Assembly: GCF_009914755.1 (NCBI RefSeq)
Contig: NC_060925.1
Source of the DNA: the human T2T-CHM13v2.0 reference genome, Homo sapiens
Reading direction: 5' to 3' (one strand)
DNA: 64,000 nt
The position numbers were made by a program, and so were the translations under genes. Shown here in pieces: positions 1 through 10,640 of this stretch. Below the pieces are notes generated by a model. It ran no database searches and had not been told where the DNA came from. It saw nothing but the letters and a program-made list of their open reading frames with translations. Within the stretch, counting starts at the first letter, position 1; each line of letters begins with the position of its first letter.

Positions 1-818
1 AATAAACCTACATATATAGGGTCCACTAATTTTTGACAAGGGCACTAAGAGGACACAATGGGGAAAGAATAGTCTGTTCAGTAAATAGTGTTGGAAAAAA
101 CATATCTTTTATGGAAAAGAATAAAACTGGATCCTTATATTACACTGTATGCAAATATTAATTCAAAATGAATTGAAGACTTAAATGTAAGACCTGAAAT
201 CCTAAAACTTCTAGAAGAAAACATAGGGTAAACTCTCCCTGACATCAGTCTTGGCAATGATTTTTTTTTTTTTTGAAACAAAAAAAATGATTTTTTTTGT
301 TTGTTTTTATGAAAACAAAGGAATGGGCAACAAAAGCAAAAATAAACAATGAGACTATACCAAACTAATATGTTTCTGAACAACAAAGGAAACAATAAAA
401 AAATGAAATGACAACCTATGGAATGGTAGAAAATATTTGCACACCATGTATCTGATAAGGGGTTAATATTCAAAATTTATAAGGGACTCACATAACTCAA
501 TAGAAAATATAAACAACCTGATTACAAAATTAGCAAACGACCTCAATAGATACTTTTCCAAAGATGCTCAACATCACTAATCATTAGGGAAATGCAAATC
601 AAAACCACAATGTGCTATCACTTCATACTTGTTAGGATGACTATTATCTAAAAGTCAAAGATAACAGGAGGTGGCAAGGATGTGGAGAAAAAGAAACTCG
701 TGTACATTGCTGTTGGAAATGTAAATTGGTATAGCCACTTTGTAAAACAGTATGGAAGCTCCTCAAAAAATTAAAAATAAAACTATGATATCATCTAGTT
801 ATCCTACTTCTGGATATA

Positions 819-1166
819 CAGGTTGAGTATCCTTTACCCAAAATGCTTGGGACCAAAAGTGTTTCAGATTTTGAACTATTTTGGATTTTGGAATATTTGC
901 ATATACATTATGAAATATCTTGCAGAGGGGACCGAAGTCTAAATATGAAATTCATTTATGTTTCATATACACCTTATACACACAGCATAAAGGTAATTTA
1001 TATAATATTTTAAATAATTTTATGCATGAAACAAATTTTTGACTGTGAACTGTCATTTAAGTTAGCTGTCAAATGTTCCATTTGTGACATCATGTCAACA
1101 CTCAACAAATTTCTGATTTTGGAGTATTTTGAATTTTGGATATTCATATTGGGGATGCTCAGCCTG
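819..1166. mobile_element. TcMar-Tigger MITE, MER46/Tigger4 (Zombi) derivative, inserted in L1
   Basis: TIRs CAGGTTGAGTATCC ... GGATGCTCAGCCTG with TA on both sides (817-818, 1167-1168). The L1 sequence is continuous across the insertion (CTGGATATA|CCCAAAGGAAATGAAATC). Confidence 0.9.
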
Positions 1167-1238
1167 TATACCCAAAGGAAATGAAATCATTATCTTGAAG
1201 AGATATCTGCACTCTCATGTTCATTGAATATATATATC

Positions 1239-1311
1239 ATAGTATAGTATATTGAAAATATGCTATTGTGAGCAGTATTCACAATAGCATATTTTCAATA
1301 TACTATACTAT
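1239..1311. repeat. Perfect inverted repeat, 33-bp arms, 7-nt loop
   Basis: ATAGTATAGTATATTGAAAATATGCTATTGTGA (1239-1271) / GCAGTAT / TCACAATAGCATATTTTCAATATACTATACTAT (1279-1311); checked base by base. Confidence 0.97.
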
Positions 1312-1686
1312 AATATATATATATATTTACAATGGAATATTAGTCAGCCTTAAAAAGAAGGAAGTTCTGCCACTTGCAATGATATAGATAAAGCTAGAGG
1401 ACATTATGCTAAGTAAAATAAGGCAAACACAGAAGGAGAACTATTCCATGATCTCACTTACATGTGGCATCTAAAAAAGTTGAACTCATGGTAAAAGAGA
1501 GTAGAAGGGTAGTTACTAGGGGTCCAGGGTTGGGAGAAATGAGATGATGGTCAAAGGGTATAAACTTTCAGTTAGAAGATGAATAAATTATGGAGACAAT
1601 GTATAACAAGGTAACTATAGGTAATAACAATGTATTGTATACTTTGCTAAGAGTATAGATGTATGATATTCTCATCACACACATCA

Positions 1687-1687
<1 letters not shown>

Positions 1688-1719
<32 letters not shown>
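1688..1719. repeat. (CA)n microsatellite in L1 3'UTR
   Basis: Direct read. Confidence 0.97.
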
Positions 1720-1721
<2 letters not shown>

Positions 1722-2514
1722 GTGAGGTGAGGGATATAATCATTAGCTTGATTGTGGTGATAACTTCACAATGTATGCATATATAAACATGTCACGTTGT
1801 ACACTTTAAATATATATCATTTTTTGTTAATTATACCTTAAGTAAGCTGGGGCCAGGGGAGAACATATTGTAATGTTTTCCAGTTATTCATATTTAATTT
1901 TAGCCAAAATGACAGCTGTGGGGGCAATCTGGCTGTAGATTGTCAGGGCTGATTTGGCTAAAACTGAATGGCTAAGCAGGTGCCTCTTTTTCTGTCACTG
2001 TTCTGCATAACCCCAAACCCTATGCAAGTTCCACTGAAGAGTACAGCAAAGTTTTCATACCCAGAAAAACCTTCTTCACACAGTTATTGAGGTTTATTAG
2101 CAGAATCTAAACTGGGTTTCAAATCTGTATGAATCCCCCAGTATATCTAGTAGAATACTGTGTACACAATTATGATTAAACCAACTTTATTTGCATTTGT
2201 AAGCAAATATATTTATCTTCTCCAACTATTGTTGGATAGATTTGTGGTTACTAAGTCTACTAGACCCACATTTAGTTTTCAATTTCCTCGATGTTACCTG
2301 AAAATCCTACTTGTTATTTCACTGTGCACTGTGCATCTATTCTAAGAGGATGCTGTATTCAAGTGCTTTGGTGAATCTGGCTATGGTTATTCACTTATTA
2401 CCTCAAGTATTTCCAATAAATTTTAAAATGCAACCTAATACTCTCTGATTTTATTTTAAAGCTGGTTATAATGAAATAATTTGGAGAGAAGTTTGATAAT
2501 ACTTCTTGGTAATA

Positions 2515-2930
2515 TAGTAGTTCCCCTTTATTCACAGGAGATATATACCTCCAGCAGATGTCCAAAATCTTGCGTAGTACCAACCCCTGTACATACTATG
2601 GTTTTTTCTATACATACATATCTAGGATAAAGTTTAATTTATGAATTAATCATAGTAAAAGATTCATAACAGTAATGGATAATAAAACAGGAAAATTTTA
2701 ACAACATGCGAGTATCACTACTTTTGCTCTTTGGGACCATTAAGTAAAATAAGGGTGACTTGAACACAAGGTCTGCAATACCACAACAGTTGATCTAATA
2801 TCCCATATGGCTACTAGGTGACTAGCAGGCTGGTAGTGGACAGCATGGATATGCTGAACAAAGGGAGGATTCATGTCCCAAGCAGATGGAGTGGGTCTAC
2901 AGGAGCTTTCAACACTCTACTTAAAAAGGC
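2515..2930. mobile_element. MER44 (Tigger7-derived) MITE, one end missing
   Basis: Begins with a TIR-like AGTAGTTCCCCTTTATTC; internal GATAAAGTTTAATTTAT, TAAGTAAAATAAGGG, TTGAACACAAG and CAAAGGGAGGATTCATGTCCC match recalled MER44. The second TIR is absent. Confidence 0.8.
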
Positions 2931-4926
2931 TGCTTGATAGCATTTTACTTACTGTAGAGCTTCTTTCTGTAAAGAGGATTGAAGTCAATCCTCTCAAAGT
3001 CTGCAGCTGCTTCCTCAGCTAAATTGATATAATATTCAAAGTCCTTTGTTGTCACTTCAACAATATTCACAGCATCTTCACCAGAAGTAGATTCCATCTC
3101 AAGAATCCACTTTCTGTGCTTCTTCACTAGAAGCAACTCCCCATTCACTAAAGTTTTATTGTAAGATTGCAGCAATTCAATCACATCTTCAACCTCCACT
3201 TCTAATTCTAGTTCTTCTGCCATTTCCACAACATCAGCAGTTATTTTTTCCACTGAAGTCCTGACCCCCCTCAAAGTCATCCATAAGGGTTGTAATGAAC
3301 TTCTTCCAAACTCTTGTTAATGTTGATATTTGACCTCCTCCTGTGATTCTTGAATGTTATTTATGGCATCTAAAATGATGACTCTTTTCCAGAAGGTTTT
3401 CAATTTATTTTACCCAGATCCAGCAGAAGAAATCATTATTGATGGCAATGATAGCCTTTTGAAATGTATTTCTTAAATAATAAGACTTTAAAGTTGAAAT
3501 TACTCCTTGATTCATGGACTGCAGAATAGATGTTTTGTTAGCAGGCATGAAAACAACATTGATCTTCTTGCATCAGAGCTCTTGGGTGACTAGGTACATG
3601 GTCAATGAGCAATAATATTTTGAAAGGAATTTATTTTTATAAGCAATAGTTCTCAATAGGGGGCTTAAGATCCATAAACAATGCTGTAAACAGATACGCT
3701 GTCATCCAGGCTTTGTTGTTCCATTTATAGTGCACAGGCAGTGTGGATTTAGCATAATTCTTAAGGGTGTTAGGATTTTCAGAATGGTAAATGAGTATTG
3801 GCTTCAAATTAAAGTCACCAGTTGCCTTAGCCTCTAGCAAGAGTCAGCCTATTCTTTGAAGCTTTAAAGTCAGGCATTGACTTCTTCTCTCTCGCTATGA
3901 AAGTCGTAGATCGCATCTCCTTCCAACAGGAAGCTGTTATGCCTTCATTGAAAGTCTGTGGTTTTAATGTAGCCACCTTCATCAATTATCTTAGCTAGAT
4001 CTTCTGGATAACTTACTACAGCTCCTATATCAGCACTTGCTACTTCACCTTGCACTTTTGTATTATAGAGGTGGTTTCTTTCCTTATTTCATGAATCAAC
4101 CTCTGCTGGGTTCAATTTTTTTCTTCTGCAACTTCTTCATCTATCTTAGCCTTTGTAGAATTGAAGAGAGTTTTGGCCTTGCTCTGGATTAGGCTTTGGC
4201 TCAAAGTAATGTTGTGGCTCGTTTGATCTTCTATCCAGACCACTAAAACTTTCTCCCAATCAACAACAAGGCTACTTCGCTTTCTTAACATTCGTATGTT
4301 CACTGAGGTAGCACTTTTAATTTCTTTCAAGAACTATTCCTTTGCATTCACAAGTTGGCTAACTGTTTGGCATAGAGGCCTAGGTTTTTGTCTATCTTTG
4401 CTTTTGACATGTTTTCCTCACTTAGCTTAATCACTTCTAAATTCTGATTTAAAGTGAAAGCTGTGTAACTACTCTTTTTTTCACTTGAACACTTAGAGGC
4501 CATTGTGGGATTAACTGATCTAATTTCCATATTTTTGTGTCTCAGGAAATGGGCAGGCCCAATGAGAGAAAGAGAGATGGGAAATGGCTGGTCGGCAGAG
4601 CAGTCAGAAAACATACAACATTTATGGATTCAGCTGCCATCTTATATGGGTGTGGTTTATGGTTCCTCACAAGAATTACAATAGTAATATCAAAGATCAT
4701 TGATCACTTATCACCATAACACATCAAATAATAATGAGAAAGTTAGAAGTATTGAGAGAATGACAAAAACGTGACACAGAGACATGAAGTGAGTACATGC
4801 TATTGGAAAAATTACACTGATAGGCTTGCTGAAAGCAGGGTTGTCACTAATGTTCACTTTGTTAAAAATGCAATATCTGCAAAGTGCAATAAAATGAATG
4901 AAGAGTAATAAAACAAGATGTGCTTG
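2931..4926 (-). mobile_element. Tigger1 DNA transposon, 5' end intact, 3' end truncated
   Basis: 5' terminus (reverse complement CAAGCACATCTTGTTTTATT) followed by TA at 4927-4928. Minus-strand ORFs encode Tigger1/TIGD1-like transposase pieces. Confidence 0.95.
2945..4510 (-). pseudogene. Disrupted Tigger1 (pogo/CENP-B family) transposase
   Basis: ORF pieces [76 protein letters not shown] and [20 protein letters not shown] lie in different frames with stops. Confidence 0.92.
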
Positions 4927-5584
4927 TACTCTGATAGATAACAAAATCAGTACTGAAAATAAAGTTTTTAAAAAATCTGCCAGTATCTACTTATAACTGT
5001 TTTATGCATTCGAATTTAAAATTCTGAAAACAATTCTGAATTGTGAAGGACAATAAAAGGATTCCAATAGGGTTTTGTAAAGCACAAATTACCTCTTGTT
5101 GAGATTTTTAAAGGTAACATTTTAGTACAGAAAGTTTATACTTGAAATAATACATTCCACATAAATTTTTTTTGCAAATGAAAGTAATCGTTTTTAATAT
5201 TTAGTTTTTAATTTTAATTTTATTTTTCCATAAGTTATTGGGGTACAGGTAGTATTGAGTTACATGAGTAAGTTATTTGGTGGTGATTTGTGAGATTTTG
5301 GTGCACCCATCACCTGAGCAGTATACACTGCACACTATTTGTAGTCTTTTATTCCTTGCCCCCTCCCACTCTTCCCCCCAAGTCCCCAAACTCCCCCAAA
5401 TTATATCATTTTTATGTCTTTGAATCCCCATAGCTTAGCTCCCACATATCAGTGAGAACATATGATGTTTGGTTTTCCATTCCTGAATTACATTACACCA
5501 CTTACAATAATAGTCTCCAATCTTATCCAGGTCACTGCAATTGCTATTAATTCATTTCTTTTTATGGCTGTGGAGTATTCCATC

Positions 5585-5652
5585 ATATATATATAGATAC
5601 ATATGTGTATATACATGTATATAGATAACATCTATCTATCTATCTATATATC
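5585..5652. repeat. TA/TATC low-complexity tract in L1PB 3' region
   Basis: ATATATATATAGATACATATGTGTATATAC...TCTATCTATCTATCTATATATC. Confidence 0.85.
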
Positions 5653-6129
5653 TCACAGTTTCTTTATACATTCATTGATTGATGGGTATTTGGGTTGGTT
5701 CCACAATTTTGCTGTTGTTAATTGTGCTGCTATAAACGTGTGTGCAAGTATCTTTTTCGAATAATGACTTCTTTTCCTCTGGGTAGATACCCAGTAGTGG
5801 GATTGCTGGATCAAATGGTAGTTCTACTTGTAGTTATTTAAGGAATCTCCAACTGTTTTCCATAGTGGCTGTACTAGTTTACATTCCAACCAGCAGTGTA
5901 GAAGTGTTCCCTGTTCACCACATCCACACCAACATCTATTGGTTTTTGATTTTTTGATTATGTCCATTCTTGTAGGAGTAAGGTGGTGTCACACTGCGGT
6001 TTTGATTTGCATTTCCCTGATCATTAGTGATGTTGAGCATTTTTTCATATGTTTGTTGGCCATTTGTGTATCTTCTTTTGAGAATTGTCTATTCATGTCC
6101 TTAGCCCATTTTTTGATGGGATTGTTTGA

Positions 6130-6432
<303 letters not shown>

Positions 6433-7337
6433 TGTTTGAGTTTTTCTTAACTTATTTGTTTGAGTTTGTTGTAGATTCTGGATATTAGTCCTTGTCAGAT
6501 ATATAGATTGTGAAGATTCTTCTCCTGCTCTGTGGGTTGTCTGTTTACTCTGCTGACTGTTCTTTTTGCCGTGGAAAAACTCTTTAGTTTAATTAGGTCC
6601 CAGCTATTTATTTATCTTTGTTTTCATTGCATTTGCTTTTGGGTTCTTGGTCATGAACTCCTTGCCTAAGCCAATGTCTAGAAGAGTTTTTCCAACATTA
6701 TCTTTTAAAATTTTTATAGTTTCAGGTCTTAGGTTTAAGTCCTTCATTTATCTTGAGTTGATTTTTGTATAAGGTGAGAGATAAGAATCCAGTTTCATTC
6801 TCCTACATGTGGCTAGCCAATTATTCCAGCACCATGTGTTGAAAAGGGTGTCCTTTACCCACTTAATGTTTTTGTTTGTTTTGTCAAAGGTCAGCTGGCT
6901 GTAAGTTTTTGAGTTTTTTTCTGGGTTCTCTATTCTGTTCCATTAGCCTATGTGCCTATTTTTTATACCAGTGCCATGCTGTTTTGGTGACTATGGCCTT
7001 ATAGTATAGTTTGAAATCAGGTAATGTGATGCCTCCAGATTTGTTCTTTTTGGTTAGTCTTGCTTTGGCTATGGGGGCTCTTTTTTGGTTCCATATGAAT
7101 TTTAAAATTGTTTTTACTAATTATGTGAAGAATGATGGTGGTATTCTGATGGGGATTGCATGGAATTTGTGGATTGTTTTTGGAAGTATGGTCATTTTCA
7201 CGATATTGATTCTACCCATCCATGAACATGTGATGTGTTTCCATTTGTTTGTGTCATCTATGATTTCTTCTAGCAGTGTTTTGTAGTTTTCCTTGTAGAG
7301 GTCTTTCGACTCCTTTGTTAGGTATATTCCTAAGTAT

Positions 7338-7338
7338 T

Positions 7339-7369
<31 letters not shown>
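7338..7369. repeat. (TTTA)n microsatellite inside L1 ORF2
   Basis: Direct read. Confidence 0.92.
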
Positions 7370-9685
7370 GCAGCTATTGTAAAAGGGGTTGAGTTATTCA
7401 TTTGATTCTCTGCTTGGTCGCTGTTGGTATATAGAAGAGCTACCGATTTGTGTACATTAATCTTGTATCCCGAAACTTTGCTGCATTCTTTTATCAGTTC
7501 CAGGAGCTTTCTAGAGAAGTCCTTAGGGTTTTCATATCATCAGCAAACAGTAACAGCCCGGCTTCTTCTTTACCAATTTGGATGCCCTTTTTTTCTTTCT
7601 TTTGTCTGATTGCTCTGGCTAGGACTTCCAGTACTATGTTGAAGAGGAGTGGTGAGAGTAAGCATCCGTGTCTTGTTCCAGTTCTCAGAGGGAATGCTTT
7701 CAACTTTTCCCCATTAAGTATTATGTTGGCTGTGGGTTTGTCATAGATGACTTTTGTTATATTAAGGTATGTCCCTTGTATGCCAATTTTGCTGAGAGTT
7801 TTAATCAAAAAGGATGCTGGATTTTGTTGACAACTTTTTCTGTAAGTATTGAGATGATCATGTGATTTTTGTTTTTAATTCTGTTTATGTAGTGTGTCAC
7901 ATTTATTGACTTGAAACCCACTTGATCATGGTGGATCATCTTTTTGATTTGTTGTTGGGTTCAGTTAGCTAGCATTTTGTTAGGGATTTTAGCATCTATG
8001 ATCATCAAGGACATCAGTCTGTAGTTTTCTTTTTTGGTTATGTCCTTTCCTGGTTTTGGTATTAGGGTGATGCTGGCTTCATAGAATGAATTAGGTAGGG
8101 TTGCTTCTTTCTCTTTCCTGTGGAATAGTGTCAAAAGGATTGATACCAATTCTTTTTTGTATGTCTGGTAGAATTCTGCTGTGAATCCATCTGGTCCTGG
8201 ACTTTTTTTTGTTGGTAATTTTTAAAATTACCATTTCAATTTCACTGCTTGTTATTGATCTGTTCAGGGTCTAATTCTTCATGATTTAAGCTAGGAGGTT
8301 GTATTTTTCCAGGAATTTATCCATCTCTTCAAGGTTTTCTAGTTTATGTGTGTAAAGATGTTCATAGTAGCCTTGGATGTTCTTTTGTATTTCAGTGGTG
8401 TCAGTTGTATATCTTCTATTTCATTTCTTCCTGAGCTTACTTGGATTTTCTCTCTTCTTTTCTTGGTTAATCTTGCTAATGGTCTCTCAATTTTATTTAT
8501 CTTTTCAAAGGGCTAGCTTTCTTTTCATCTATCTTTTGTATTTTTTTATTTGGCTGTTTGTTTCAATTTCATTTAGTTCTGCTCTGATCTTGGCTATTTC
8601 CCTTCTTCTGCTGGGTTTGGGTTTGGTTTATTCTTCTTTCTCTAGTTCCTTGAGGTGTGACTTTAGATTGTCTGTTTGTGCTCTTTCAGACTTTTTGATG
8701 TGGGCATTTAGGGCAGGAACTTTCCTGTTAGTTCTGCCTTTGCTGTATCCCAGAGGTTTTGATAGGTTGTGTCATTATTGTCATTCAGTTCAAATAATTT
8801 TTTAATTTCCATATTGATTTTTTTGATCCAATGCTCATTCAGGAGCAAATTATTTAATTTCCATGTATTTGCATGGTTTTGAAGGTTCCTTTTGGAGTTT
8901 ATTTCCAGTTTTATTTCACTGTGGTCTGAGAGAGTGCTTGATATAATTTCAATTTTCTTAAATTTATTGAGGCTCGTTTTAAGGCCTATCATATGGTCTA
9001 TCTTGGAGAAATTTCCATGGGCTGTTGAATAGAATGTGTATTGTGAGGTTGTTGGACGAAATGTTCTGCATATATCTGTTAAGCCCCTTTGTTCCAAGGT
9101 ATACTTTAAATCCATTGTTTCTTTGCTGACTTTCTGTCAAGATGACCTGTCTAGTGCTGTCAGTGGAGTACTGAAATCCCCCACTATTATCGTGTTGCTG
9201 TCTATCTCATTTTTTAGATCTATTAGTAATTATTTTACAAATTTGGGTGCTCCAGTGTTAAATGCACATATGTTTAGGATTGTAATATTTTCCTGCTGGA
9301 TGTCGTCTTTTACCATTATATACTGTCCCTCTTTGTCTCTTTTAACTGCTGTTGCTTTAAAGTTTGTTTTGTCTGATATAAGAATAGCTACCCCTGCTGC
9401 TATTGGTGTCCTTTTGCATGAAATACTTTTTTTCCACCCCTTTAAGTTTATATGAGTCCTTATGTGTTAGGTGAGTCTCCTGAAGGCAGCAGATAGTTCG
9501 TTGCTGAGTTTTTATTGATTCTGCAGTTCTGTATCTTTTAAGTGGAGCATTTAGGCCATTTACATTCAATGTTAGTATTGAAATGTGAGGTATCATTGCT
9601 TTCATCATGCTCTTTGTTGCCTGTGTACTTTGGTTTTTTTGTTTTAGCCTTTTAAGTTGTATTTTTGTTTTATAGATCCTGTGAT

Positions 9686-10640
9686 TTATGCTTTAAAGAG
9701 GTTCTGCTCTGATGTGTTTCCACGATTTGTTTCAAGATTTAGAGCTCCTTTTAGCAGTTCTTGTAGTGCTGGTTTGGTAATGGCGAATTCTCTCAGCATT
9801 TGTTTGTCTGAAAACGACTGTATCTTTCCTTCATATATAATGCTTAGTTTTGCTGGATACAAAATTCTTAGCTGATAATTGTTTTGTTTGAGCAGGCTGA
9901 AGATAGGTCCCCAATCCCTTGAAGCCTGTAGGGTTTCTGCTGAGAAATCTGCTGTTAATCTGGTAGGTTTTCCTTTATAGGTTACCTGGTGCTTCTCTCT
10001 CACAGCTCTTAAGATTCTTTCCTTTGTCTTAACTTTGGATAACTTGATGACAATGTGCCTAGGTGAAGGTTTTTTTTTGTGATGAATTTCCCAGATGTTC
10101 TTTGTGCTTCTTGTATTTGGCTAAGTCTCTCGCAAGGCCAGGGTAAATTCCCTCGATTATTCCCCCAAATATGTCTCCCAGGCTTTTAGAATTCTCTTCT
10201 TCCTCAGGAACACTGATTATTCTTAGGTTTGGTCATTTAACATAATCTCAGACTTCTTGGAGGCTTTGTTCATATTTTCTTATTCTTTTTCTTTGTTGGA
10301 TTGGATTAATTCGAAGACCTTGTCTTCAAGCTCTGAATTTCTTTCTCCTACTTGTTCAATTCTATTGCTGAAACTTTCCAGAGCATTTCAGATTTCTAAA
10401 AGTGTGTCCAAAGTTTCCTGAATTTTTAATTGTTTTTTCTTTAAGCTATCTATTTCCATGAATATTTCTCCCTTCACTTCTTGTATCATTTTATTTTTGG
10501 ATTTCCTTGCATTGAGCTTCACCTTTCTCTGACCCCTCCCTGGGTTAGCTTAATAACAAGCTAATTAAGGTTAGCTTAGTAACTAACATCCTGAATTCCT
10601 TTTCAGGTAAATCAGGGACTTCTTTTTGGTTTGGATCCAC
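9686..10640 (-). pseudogene. L1 ORF1 remnant
   Basis: ORF 9686-10003: REKHQVTYKGKPTRLTADFSAETLQASRDWGPIF...ILYPAKLS...TKPALQELLK (ORF1p C-terminus). Upstream part is disrupted; start approximate. Confidence 0.9.

Larger units (their letters stand above)
1..1850 (+). mobile_element. Old LINE-1 3' portion (end of ORF2 plus 3'UTR), L1MA9-like (L1MA7-10 group); runs off the window's left edge
   Basis: L1 ORF2-end motifs (TTTTTGACAAGGGCAC, GACTTAAATGTAAGACCTGAAA, GGGAAATGCAAATCAAAACCACAATG) and an L1MA-type 3'UTR (TTAGCTTGATTGTGGTGA...CACGTTGTACAC...TTATACCT). Interrupted by a MITE at 819-1166. Confidence 0.9.
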
